DNA of 64,000 nt from Adineta vaga (GCA_021613535.1 CP075492.1:3100001-3164000), one strand, 5' to 3'. Shown: positions 38,077 through 50,036, numbered from the stretch's first letter. The notes: a model not told the origin generated them from the sequence alone. Numbers and translations: made by a program.

Positions 38077-41000
38077 ATGTCTCTGAAAAATACTGTTAAA
38101 CAAATCTTTCATAACAACACGAGTTTTGAAAATGCTCAACAGGCGATCTATCTGGCTAATTCCTTGGATGCTTTATCAGTTGATTTATATACCGATCCAA
38201 TGCGTTTTCTTTTTGAGTTAATTCAGAATAGCGATGATGCCTATAAAGATCATCCTATCAAAAATCCGTTATTACGTATAGCCGTTATCGATCAAAGTTA
38301 TTTAATTGTAGCCAATTACGGTAAAGGCTTCGATGAACATGACGTTCGAGGTGTATGTGGTGTTGGCTGTGGAACGAAACGGCATGATCAAGAAAAGACG
38401 GGTTACAAAGGGTTAGGTTTTAAATCAGTTTTTGGTCAATCCAATTATGTTTTAATTGCGTCGAAAGGTGATTATTTTCGCTTCGAAACCGGTGCAAAGG
38501 AATTTCGATGGAATTCCAAATGGGGACCAGATCGTAGTACATGGGAAGCGTCCAATGAACAGAAATTCGAGTATCCCTGGCAAATCTGTCCAATATGGAC
38601 TGAAAAAACCGAACTGCCAAAACCAATTCAACAATGGTTATTTTCTCAACCAGAAGTAGTGGCATGTATTATTCGAGTGGATAATATATCAGAAATAAAA
38701 AAGTCATTAAAAACATTGATCAATCAAGCACATGTCTTTATGTTTCTTCGACGTATTCGAGATATTCGTATATCAATTGATTCATCGACGGAAACTGTAC
38801 TACAGGTAACCCAATTACGAGATAAATCAGTAAAGATTTGTGATGGCGATGGCAATCTTATTTCACATTGGCTATTACATTCTTGTCTATTACCTGTTCC
38901 TGATGAAGCACTAAAAGATAAAGATCGTCTACCAGAAAAATTGCAACGAATCAAAGAGATCGATTTGACTTTGGCCATTAAAATCAACCAGAATGATTGT
39001 TTCGAACCTGTAAGAGGCAGTGATAGCATCCTGTTTGCCTATCTACCTACTAAAATTTCTACATATAATTTACCAGTTCTTGTTAATGCTCAATTTAGTA
39101 TCAACGCTAGTCGAGAACACATACAAATAGATTCATCCTGGAATCAATGGTTATTCTCATGTATTCCTAGAGAAATGTTGAATTGGGTACAAATACTAAC
39201 GAAAAACCAAAAATGGACCAATAAAGCTTACGATTTGATACCCAATCGTATTTCGGCGAAAGATCAGCTTGCCGAACGGTACAATCAAGTATTGGATAGC
39301 AGTGTAAAAACAGTTCCATTCTTAATCGGTATTCATAAAAATTCCTTATTATTGAATCAAGCAGTGGTTGATTTAACTTCATTTTCATCTGAAAATTGTC
39401 TTGGACATGAACTCATTCGAGATTATCTCGTTCAAATATCATCAACACCGTTGCGTTTATCGGCAAATCCTTTTGTACACAATCATCACCGCCTTCGAAA
39501 CTTAGGAATTCGACAATTGACTTGGGATATGTGTTGGCACATGTTACAATCACCATGGTTTTTGACTCGATTAAAGCCTGATCGAGCAATTATCTTTATT
39601 ACCTACTTATATGAACAACGAGAATCGACTCAGTTTAAGAAACGTCTCTATGACATTCCATTTCTTCTCGATCAATACGGTCATCTACGAAAAATCATGG
39701 ATATTTATTTTCCATCTCGATTCAGCAGTATGGATTGGATGATCGTTGAAGATATGGATGCTTTTGTTCATCCAAACATTATGGATTGGCTTGTCAATCA
39801 ACCAGAAATAAAAAATTGGCTTCGAAAACTTGGCATTCATGAACGTACTGATATTACTTTTATTGAAGAATTTCTTATTCCACAAGTCGAACGATATATA
39901 ACTCCGGAAAACTCGATGGTGACCATTGAACGTCTATTCAATCTATTTCAGAATGGTGCATTGACGACGCGTCACTTCCAAGATTGATGTCGATTAAAAG
40001 TATGGACTTCAGATCAAAATCTAGTCCCCGCCTGTCAACTATACTTTTCCAGTTCTTATCTGCCTTATTTAGCGTTGGATCATCACGATCTTGACCAACG
40101 ATTATTTCTTTCTTCATCCTATTTGGAAACTATCGAAGGAGTGCCCGTTGTTCAGTGGAAACATTTCTTTCAATATCTAGGTGTTCAAGAGACTATTGGT
40201 TTCATACAATTCAATGATCGTTATCATGATGAATTAATAGCAGCTTATATCACTGCTCAGATGTCTCAACTTCCTTCGTACGCTCAGCTACTTGGATTTA
40301 AGAATCATCTTGCGATTAAGTTACTGGAACAAACACAAAATAATTATGCATTTTCCGTTCTCTTTTGGAATCATGTAATGCGTATGACTAATATTCGAAT
40401 GTTACTTGAACACGATATTCTATATAGTCAACGTCATGTATTTGTAGATAATCTTCCTCAGTGGTGCGTTAAAGCACGACCATGTATTCCAACGACAAAT
40501 GGTCAATTGTTACCTAGCATTCATATATTTTCCAGTCATTTGAAAACTATCGCTGGACCGCATTTACCTGTGTTTGCGTGTAATTTGCCGACAATATCAT
40601 CAGAACTCTGGCAACAATTTTTTCTGTTTAAAACGGAATTATCAATTGAAGATTATTTCCTACTACTCGAACGTATTCATCTTCAATCACATTCGAAACC
40701 TCTGAATGATGAAGAAGAACAGCGTATCCAATTGATCTACGCAGGATTAATCGATCAAATTCGTTTAAAAAATTACAAACATAATAAATCACTTTTTCTT
40801 CTCAGTGCACAAAATCAAAAGTTTTATTCATCGAATCAATTAGTTCTTTCAATTGACAAAGATTTGAATCTACCGACGATGGTGCCTCAACTAAAACTTA
40901 ATGATATTAATAATCGTCATTCTCATCTCGGATTGCTACTCGATGTTTTTCAAGTACGACAAGTTACTTGTGCTGATCTTTCTTTATCGCGACATATTAC

Positions 41001-42477
41001 ATATTACGCTTCACGTTCATTAGTCACAAAATTACGAAATATTCAGCCGTATCTCTTCGCATTAGCTGAACATCATAAGATAACCAATCATTCTATCGAT
41101 TGTGATTTAGTCATTTTCGAAGCGGATCGTCTCGAATTGGTTTATAATAATGAAGTTTTTATTCATGAAGTACCTGTGCATATACATCAGAATCAACTGT
41201 ATGTCAAACGGCCTTGGCAAGATGAGGAGATCATGGCGGTACTTCCACATATTCTTTGCCAATACCTTCGATTACCAACTAACTTCGAAACAGAATTAGA
41301 TCGCATGTTGAAAGAACCATCAGTGAACAGTGTTGATCAGCATTTTGTTCGACAGAATATTCCTGTTCGATCGCATTATTTTTATCCTGAACTATTGAAT
41401 ATCGGTGGAGCACGAGAGAAATTCGCCGCTCAGATCGATCGGGACAATGCCAACTTATTCTCTCATTTACCTTCATCTTTAAAAACAGAAGAACTGCTTG
41501 TCGCTGCTCTTGCAGCTCAGGGATCCCAATGGGTTGGATATGTCTATCATTTTACGCATTTAGAAAATGCCGTAACTATTCTACGAGAAGGAAAATTAAA
41601 AGCACGTGGACAACTGTCACATTTCAAAGACTCTGCTGCACTGAATGTGATTAGAGGCACTCGATCGCAGGTAAAAGAATTTGCTCGTTTCTATTTTCGT
41701 CCATTGACACCAACCCAACGTTGTAATGAAAATCTTGGCCTATCTGAATTGATTCAACGATATGGCAACAGACCGATGTGTCCAGTACCCATCTTTTTTC
41801 GTTTTGATTTACGTTCGCTATTATTATCCATCGACAATTTACGATGGAAAGTAAGTTTGGGAAATATGGCTAACCCACATGTGGAATTTGATTCTACTCC
41901 AGAAATCGTTAGAAAATTTGATTTTGAATATGTCTATGCAGATTTACGAACTGAACGAGGCAAATATGCTTCTCAACATGAATTTCTGATTGAATCTGAA
42001 TTAGATTTTAATCTGTTGAATTCTAATGATATTAGTCTTTTTGTTCAAGATGACAATGCTCGTGTGAGTTTAATTTCTCTCTTCGATGCATGTTGTTATC
42101 CGATCTCGATCGATTCACAATATTTCTTCAATTGCAACGCTCAAGTGTTTATTAAACATTCACAAAAAACTCCAAAAAAGATTTCCATCTCCGTTGATTC
42201 TATGTCAAAGTCTGTCGAAGATAATATTGGTGAACTTTTCGTTCAAATCAAAGCAAAATCTCCAACAAAAACGATCACAGGTAATTTATTGGGTATTTTT
42301 GAACGAGAAAATATTTTCACTATCCTTGGTAAAAAACAAATTTCATTTGTTCCTGAATCAGACCTACTTCAATATGCCATCTATTATCGATATGACAAAC
42401 AAATGTGGCTTATATATACTAATTATACGAATCCGATCTTCCACTTTCCAGAAGAACAATCGGACGATGTTGAATGA
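38077..42477 (+). CDS. Sacsin/NO VEIN-like GHKL ATPase fused to a C-terminal DarT (DUF4433)-like DNA ADP-ribosyltransferase; one in-frame TGA at 39985-39987
   Basis: ORFs 38077-39987 and 40075-42477 are in the same frame, separated only by the TGA (HFQD*CRLKVWTSDQNLVPACQLYFSSSY). GHKL motifs are FELIQNSDDA, NYGKGF and GYKGLGFKSVF. DarT-type motifs are YVYHFTHLENAVTILREG, FARFYFRPLTP, SLGNMA and SQHEFLI. Confidence 0.85.
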
Positions 42478-42689
42478 TTTAGACATGTATCTAACGCGAA
42501 TTTATGCACATCCTGTAATAAGAATGATCATATAATGAAAACTACATTTATTAAAAATTCTATAATAATCCTTGTTTTTGTTTTCAGTCGTTAGTACATA
42601 TCCAAAAGACGTCATTTATTGTGTTAGATTATATTTTCTAAATGTTCACGATCGATTAAACTTTCTTGTGCTATCTAAAAGAAAATTAA

Positions 42690-43202
42690 TTTCTAAACTC
42701 CTATTTGCATAAGATCATTTATTTTTACTTGTTCATTTCTGCCCATCACTCATAAAATATTTCCACCAATAAGTTTAATAATATCATCATTGATCCAATT
42801 TCCTTGTGATAATAAATATTCAATTAATTTTGGATATTTCGATATAATTCTATTCAGCAGATCAATTTGTTCTAAAAAACTGAATGTAGCATCTTATTTT
42901 CCTTGATGTTGACAATCCGTATAGATTGACCAGAAGTTATTTATTTTATTTTGAAAATTAACACGAATAAGTTCGGCCATATCGTTGTAGTCACGAAAAC
43001 ATATTTACCAGAATATGATTCATCTCATCCATCAATTAAAGGATTATTTTCAAGTATCTCATTGGCTTGATTTTCGATTACTAGCAATTACGCTATCAGT
43101 GATACCACCGATATAAGACCAACAATCAGTAAAGATGGGTGAATGTTCTGTAATGGGACGACAGAGTGAAAATAGACACGAAGAAGAAGAAGAAATAGTC
43201 AT
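42690..43202 (-). pseudogene. Membrane dipeptidase (peptidase M19) relic with large internal deletions
   Basis: ILENNPLIDG, NDMAELIR, FWSIYTDC..QGK*DA...LEQIDLLNRIISKYP, directly followed by the C-terminal KLIEYLLSQGNW...KLIGGNIL*V. Confidence 0.75.
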
Positions 43203-43545
43203 TTGATAATAATATAGAAGTGCTCAAAATGATTTCCGAAGGAAGATAGAATGTAACAAATTATAGTTTTCTTAAAATAATTATGACTGTTAAGTAGGCG
43301 CATAAAGATTTGAAAACGTTAGATGTTCATTTCAATTTATTACAGTTGGAAATTTTTTTCGTGTGTATTCCATACATTTGACATGTAATGCTGACTTATA
43401 TTTCCTTTGTTAAAGAGGAAGATCAACTGCACACTCATCCACTTCACACCCTCAAGAAAGAGTACTCTTATGCTGTTTTTATTCAAATAAAATAATTTAG
43501 TTTATTATTTGAATATTATGTAATAAACTAATTCATATTTTCTTG

Positions 43546-43962
43546 TTATAATTGTCGAACAGCTCGGCCATTGCATTGAAGACCCAATGGTGATTCTACA
43601 GTTACTGTAGAGCTGTCTTCACTCAAATTCATAACACCAACAATGGGTAATTTTGTTGAGAAGGTTGATGGTTTCATGGTGGGCAAAAAGAATGTTGAAA
43701 GTCCATTACATTGACCTACCAATTTACCAGATAATGTCATAAAGAAATAAGCTACTTCTTTGACTTGTACTTCTCCAGAGAGACAACAGCATACTTCTCG
43801 ATTACACAATGGAGTAACCGTGAATGAACCCGACCAATTTGGTTTCGTTCCTAGAATAGATAGTTTGAATAAAGATATGAATCTAATACGATTTTTTTAC
43901 TTACCATGACTCAAACCTGTAGCTATACTCAGAGTTATCAAGAAAAATAATGAATAAAACAT
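43546..43962 (-). CDS. Small secreted Cys-rich protein (2 exons)
   Basis: Signal exon MFYSLFFLITLSIATGLSH (ATG 43962), a short GT-AG intron, then GTKPNWSGSFTVTPLCNREVCCCLSG...QCNGRAVRQL*. Confidence 0.75.
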
Positions 43963-45135
43963 ATTTGATATTGATTTTTCGAAATGTTTTATCAATGAAG
44001 CGATTCCGTTTAAATATATAGTTTAAAAATCAATTGAAATCAATCTTCAGTACGCATCAATCAAATAAGGATGATATCGCATTTTTATCAATCAATAAGC
44101 TTCAGTAAAAAGTAATCTGAATAGCAAATATAAGATATTAAATTACTTTTATGACAGATTAAATGTTTGTTAGAATGACATCACAATATTCCTTTATCTC
44201 ATACGACTCTTCACATCGAGCCTGTTACATTCTGATGGAGTATAGCAGTGTGTGAATTTTGTAAATCTTGTATTATTGATAATTTCAGTAACAGATTGAA
44301 CATGAATCACTATGATATCATTCCGAATTCTAACGTTATTGTTTTGTAATGTGATGACAAGTCATTTCAGTATACGGATAACGTTGTCAGGATGAGTGTG
44401 CATTATAAAGAAGAATAGCATATACTTACTTTTTTTTTGAAGGATAAAAATAAAAATGTGTCAATGCGAATTTATCTTAAGGGCAAAACAACGGAATTAA
44501 GGAGTCACACTCTTTTGAAAATCTAACGGAATTTAATGAAATTGTATGATACCTCATATTATACGAATTGTTTTGTTTCATAAGTATTCTAGCTAGAAAT
44601 CAAGAATCATCTCCAAAGATATCGTATATTGTTCATAGGAATCTTTTGATGTTTTCATGCATAACAATTATGGCTGTGATTACAAGTTCAATACCATTTA
44701 TATTAGTCTTATGGATTAGTACAATAATACATGGTCTGTCTCTTGAATGTATCCAGCTACTAGTGATTGGGCACAATCACATATAACAACTACTGGGAAA
44801 ATATTTACAATATTTGCAGTTGGAGTAATACTATCAATGACTGTCATTGTATTAGCTGTTATCGTATTTTTTATGTTATACTTTTCAACCAAACAAAATC
44901 GAGATATTTAATAAATATAAGTTTGATTCCATGAAGAAGAAAGATTTTTCCTCGATAGATAACTCATCTTTCTTTGTCTTGTCATATGTATGAAAATTGC
45001 AATATCATCAGCATTTATAAATATGATATTTTCGTTAGAAGTGACGATGCAGTATTATAGAAATTCGTTCGAAAGATTGAATTTAGAAGGAATAAACAAA
45101 TCAACTTAGAAATTGGTATTAGAGTTCCTCGTACG

Positions 45136-45932
45136 TTATTTTTGAAGAATACCATCAGCATATGAACGTCCCAAACGCTCGATAATGTCAACACCTGCTC
45201 GTAATCCATCACGTTCACGAATCTTCTCACCTAAACGATTCATGCGATCACGTAACGCACCATCATTAAGTAATCTATCAAGAGCTGACAGAAGTTGTTC
45301 ATCAGTGAAGTTATAGGTGTCAAGACGCACTCCAAAACCCATTTCTTGCATACGTTGAGCATTATCATGTTGATCATAGAACATAGGTAAGACAATCATA
45401 GGTTTGCCAAAGTGAAGCGATTCAGTAATCGTATTATTACCGCCATGAGTGATAACGAGATCAACTAGTGGAATTACCTTCGTCTGTGGTAATGTCGATT
45501 CACGTACCATAGTATTGGGTAATTTCAATTGATGACCTAGAGGTCCCATGCTAACAATGATACGATGTTGAGTTTTACTGAGTACATCAATGACGCGTTG
45601 CATGAGCACAATATCGACGCATCCAAACGATCCCAGTGAAAGGTACAATAAACTGCTATCACTAGGTCGATCTCGAACAGCTGCTGGCAACTCATAGTCA
45701 TGATCAGTTTCACGTACGCTCGAGTCTATTCGGTAAATTTTTGAACCAAGTGATCGATTCGCGCCATAGTCAGCTTCTTCGGGATAGATATAAATATTTG
45801 CATGTTCAGATTCATGAATAAATCCCAATTCTGGCAGTGGTGAAGCACCTTTTGACATAACTCAATCGTTGAACTCTTCCCACATCTTCCTATATACACG
45901 ATTGAACTCGTTTCGAAATGCATCCCATTCGC
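45136..45932 (-). pseudogene. Family 1 UDP-glycosyltransferase (bacterial MGT-like), C-terminal half only
   Basis: LYLSLGSFG, LPQTKVI and ITHGGNNTITESLHFGKPMIVLPMFYDQHDNA. Upstream in-frame SEWDAFRNEF...FND*V contains a TGA. N-terminal domain absent; intronless and visibly higher GC. Confidence 0.85.
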
Positions 45933-46370
45933 TTCATAAACCTGAATAGACTGTGGGATCTTTTGTATCAAGTGCTTGTGTCATAGTGATATTTTTAACG
46001 AAAACAATTGTTATATAAGTATATCTTCCTATAGCTTGATTCGATGTCATATACAATTCACAAAAATCAAGTTCACGTAACGTATAACACATGTTTGTTT
46101 CACCTTATCCTCGGACACATAAACGAATGGCACCTATTGAAGATGGACCAGTTATATTAATTTGCACCGTTGTCAAATGTTTTGGTAATGTAAATGTGAC
46201 TGATGTTATAGCTGTTTCTATTGATCGATTACAATCAATTGTTAAGACGACATATTTGGAAATAAGAAGATTTTCTTGTACAGTAATAAAAGAACATGTA
46301 CATCCTGTATTAATTAATTCGACTGTTAAATTAAAAGTTTGTTTACCAAGTAAATTGAAGATAGGTTGAG
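45933..46370 (-). pseudogene. Relic exon of an unrelated rotifer-type protein abutting the UGT fragment
   Basis: QPIFNLLGKQTFNLTVELINTG...IGAIRLCVRG*GE...LRELDFC...TKDPTVYSGL*, with internal stops. Confidence 0.5.
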
Positions 46371-46689
46371 GGTGTGGGTGTGGATATGAGGATAAAATAT
46401 TTATTTACACATCAATCTCATCCTCAAACTCAAGATGGATATTACAGAAATAATGCCAATTAGATATACTAATGCATAAATTTGATAAACAGCATTTGTA
46501 TTTACGTAAGTGTTAGTAATCTTGGGTATGGGTATGAGTGTGGTTGGTTCTTGGTGTATCTTCACCCACCCACACCCACACCTTTAATACTTATTAATGA
46601 TTCGTTAGATATTTGATTTTTTTTATTAGTTATTAGTGAAAATGACATTGAATTGAGAAGAAAATTAAATTTAGTTCCGTACGTTGATT

Positions 46690-47631
46690 CTATAGTGGTC
46701 TTGTTCGATTTTTAAACAATCTCCATTTAGAAACAAATTCTTTAATATTTTTTCTAAATGTTTTCGATGCAAATATAAATACCCAAAAAGAAATTCCATT
46801 GGTTAAAAAAGAAAATAAAAGAAGAATGAGTATAATAATATATTCATATGCTAATCTTAATAAAGGTTTCGTATAATATTGTGTTGCTAAAAGATAACTT
46901 AAAAAACCACCTGTTGGTATTCCACTAATAAGTAAAACACTCATTTGAATAAGCATCATACGTGTCACTGCACCATCTATTTGACGGTGACGTCTTAAAT
47001 TATGTTTTAAATTATACCATGTTAAACAAAATAATATTGAGATTACAATAATTGGTAAAAAATAAAAAATCACTATAATACTATAACCACTATAAAGACT
47101 GATTACAGGATGAGCAGTTGCACAACTAATTGTTGTTGATGATGTTGGAATATGATTATAATATATTGGTAATGGAATAAAAATCAAAAGACAAATAATT
47201 GCTGTTAATAACATCATAAATTGTGCTCGAATCCATGTTATTAATCCTTGCCATTGAATGTTTGATGAAGTTATAAGAAATTGACTCAAAGCTGCAAAAC
47301 AACTACATATAAAACTAAGACATCCACCAGAATAACTTAACCATATACTTAGTTTACACCAAAATAACCATCGAATATTTGGATCAATTCCAGTTAATAC
47401 TCGAATTATAGGAGAAATTAAACCAATATTGATAAAGAATAAACTACCTATGGATGAACCAATTAAAAATAATGAATTTGGATGTTTATTTAACGTTGGA
47501 ATCATTGAAAAAACGAAACAATTACAGAAATTACCAATTGTACTTAAAATAATTATAAATAAACCAACAATTACGGATAAACGATCACCAATATTCACCA
47601 TATAGAGAAATGTTTCCAGATCTGAAGACAT
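46690..47631 (-). CDS. Class A GPCR
   Basis: 7 TM segments, STIGNFCN and FWCKLSIW. Likely start MSSDLE at 47631. Confidence 0.88.
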   Translation of the reverse strand: MSSDLETFLYMVNIGDRLSVIVGLFIIILSTIGNFCNCFVFSMIPTLNKHPNSLFLIGSSIGSLFFINIGLISPIIRVLTGIDPNIRWLFWCKLSIWLSYSGGCLSFICSCFAALSQFLITSSNIQWQGLITWIRAQFMMLLTAIICLLIFIPLPIYYNHIPTSSTTISCATAHPVISLYSGYSIIVIFYFLPIIVISILFCLTWYNLKHNLRRHRQIDGAVTRMMLIQMSVLLISGIPTGGFLSYLLATQYYTKPLLRLAYEYIIILILLLFSFLTNGISFWVFIFASKTFRKNIKEFVSKWRLFKNRTRPL

Positions 47632-48159
47632 CTTGACTTTATTCAAATGAACGTCTTTAATAATCTTCTGATAATGAGATATCTGCACGTGTTTAATAAA
47701 ATACGTCAAAATATGAAAAAAGTGCAATGTTTTAATCAATCTTAAAGACTATTTTATTGTTGGAGCTAAACAAATAAATGTCATCTAAACTTTTATATAT
47801 GGGAGATTGAAAATTATGTTTTATATCCTATGAGATTATAAAGGAACCAAGAAGATTAGTCATTTCTTTTCAAGAAGTAATAATTGCTTTTTTATATATT
47901 AGTTTACATAATTTTATTCTTTATTCTCGAACAATATTCGGATCTTTCTACAAAAAATAATAAAGTACTTCATTAGAACTACGAAATATTGTGATATATT
48001 GCATAATTATTTTTGTCATATAAAATTCTCTATCGACTAATTAACACATCATGTGTCTTAGTAAATATACATCAGTAGACATGAAAACGGAAGCAGCTTT
48101 TTTGATCTAGGCAAAAACGTAATTCATTTGTAGTTTTCCATTTACTGAAAATGTTGTCA

Positions 48160-48535
48160 TCTATACATGTATATATATAATGTTCAGTATGTGTGTGTCT
48201 GTCTGTGCCGGGTCAAGAGTCAAAGATGAAAGATGAAAGATTTTAGAATTTTCACCATCAGGAATGCGTCCTCATAAACTTAAAATAAAGATCGGTGAAT
48301 TTGTTATGCTTCTTCGCAACTTCGATGTTCATCAAGGTTTATGCAATGGAATTCGGTTGACTGTGAAGTCGCGTTCCACAATACCAAGAAGGACTTTTGA
48401 CACTGTATGATCCATTTTTGCCTTTTAAATTATGTAGACATCGATTTCTTATTCGGGACTTTCATTTGCTATGACCATCAACGAATCCCAAGGACAGATC
48501 TTTAATCGCCTAGCACTACTTCTACCACAACTTTT
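48160..48535 (+). mobile_element. Internally deleted Helitron remnant (5' end plus Pif1 helicase fragments)
   Basis: A|TCTATAC...GTCTGTCTGT 5' end at 48160. From 48255: PSGMRPHKLKIKIGEFVMLLRNFDVHQGLCNGIRL, then LPFKLCRHRF and (frameshifted) SFAMTINESQGQ. 3' CTAG end not identified. Confidence 0.8.
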
Positions 48536-49100
48536 CTAATGAATAAATTGGAATGATTGTGTATCTGTGTTATGTATAGTATGATATCACAATATATATA
48601 GAACATAATATAGGAGAAGTCAACATAACAGTAACAGTAAATTTTCTTATTTAGATATTTTTCAAAAAATATATAATTTTATTCGTATTTGATTGTATCT
48701 TGAAAACACCACTTCAAAAACAAATATTTCACAGCATATTTTCTATACTTTTCATTGATATGTTCCCCAAAAACGAGCGTACTTCATTGTTTTGGCGATG
48801 GATAAGAAAATAATCTCGCCCACTTCTTCAAAGTATTATATGCACTTAAATTCATTAATTTTATGAGAAAAAGTAAATCTCAATCTCTATCGTGTTGAAA
48901 ATATAGGTTTTTTCTGTTTATGACAATTCTTTAATGCAAAATATCTTTATTTATAATGAAGATTGACAGAAATGAATTTAAAAGAAATGAAGGATTTGTT
49001 TTCTGTTACTTTCTAGTGCATTTAAAAAATGCGTACATATTCTAAAATCGGTTAGTGTGCCCATTTTTCGAAAAGAGTGTGGGTGTGGTACTATTTGATT

Positions 49101-50036
49101 TTATATTCGATCACATTTGAACATTTTCTTCACTTCTTCTCGATAGATTTTGCCCGTAAGAATATAGAGGAAAAATGGAATAAAAAATCCGCCTTGTTGC
49201 CAAGCAATTGCTAAGTTTCGAATTGTTATATAGAAAGGAGTATTCATGGATGATATAAATGTAATTAAGATATAAGCTATGGCAGATGGTGTAAAGAAAA
49301 GAAGATATACAGCAACTTGAATGATTAACATTCGAGCCAATTGGCTTTCTCTACGACGGCGGAAACCTGTTTGGTTTATTGGAATTACACGATTTTTTTG
49401 GCCTCGAATATTATAAATAGTTAATGCACCAAATATGCTTAACAGAATTGGTATTAAAATATAATGAAGAGTAACTCGAGTAATTAGATAAATCGTTGTC
49501 AATGTAGTAGAATAATATTGAGTACATCTTCTATTGTCAGGATATCTAGGATCATAATAATATATAACTAGAAATGGACTCATATAAATCAAAGCTACGA
49601 TCCATACAACAATAATAATTCTCCTTGCCACATATATTCGACTCAAATGACGTAAACGAACCGATGTAGAACTGCACAAATATCGATCAATCGAAGCACA
49701 TACTAACATTAATCCATACCACAATGACGTTGCATAGGCTAGAAATGTAACTAATTTGCATGTGATCGGTGTGCTACTGATAGAAAAGTCAAGACTATAT
49801 TGAAGTATTGCATTTATGGGTGAAGCAATCAAGTATAATAAAACGGATGGAATAGCAGCAAGAAAATAATAAGCACATGAAGATGATCGAAGAACTCGAC
49901 GACAAAGCACAATAACATTCAATATATTTGTAATCACTATACATGTCGTTGTGATAGAAAAACTGTAAACTATAGGGTTCTTCACTGCCTGAAGGAAATT
50001 ATAACCCATAGGTGACGATAACGTTGTATTATTCAT
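49101..50036 (-). CDS. Class A GPCR
   Basis: 7 TM segments, CASIDRY and PFFLY. Intact 311 aa. Confidence 0.9.
   Translation of the reverse strand: MNNTTLSSPMGYNFLQAVKNPIVYSFSITTTCIVITNILNVIVLCRRVLRSSSCAYYFLAAIPSVLLYLIASPINAILQYSLDFSISSTPITCKLVTFLAYATSLWYGLMLVCASIDRYLCSSTSVRLRHLSRIYVARRIIIVVWIVALIYMSPFLVIYYYDPRYPDNRRCTQYYSTTLTTIYLITRVTLHYILIPILLSIFGALTIYNIRGQKNRVIPINQTGFRRRRESQLARMLIIQVAVYLLFFTPSAIAYILITFISSMNTPFYITIRNLAIAWQQGGFFIPFFLYILTGKIYREEVKKMFKCDRI

Noticed and set aside
39985-39987. TGA as selenocysteine or evidence of an alternative genetic code
   Set aside because: Context suggests a hydrophobic residue, no SECIS could be identified by eye, and many intact genes here terminate with TGA.
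38077-42477. Bacterial contamination as the explanation for the ATPase-DarT gene
   Set aside because: It is flanked within a few hundred bp by a spliced ART gene and an animal-type dipeptidase relic, with no operon context. Only read mapping can fully exclude a chimeric join.
38420-42535. Small overlapping ORFs on both strands (38420, 38452, 38724, 39167, 39685, 41279, 42086) as a hidden antitoxin
   Set aside because: None shows macrodomain or NADAR motifs; they look like alternative-frame or antisense shadows.
44568-44910. Possible small single-pass membrane protein
   Set aside because: Signal-like and TM-like parts are in different frames and no family motif is recognisable.
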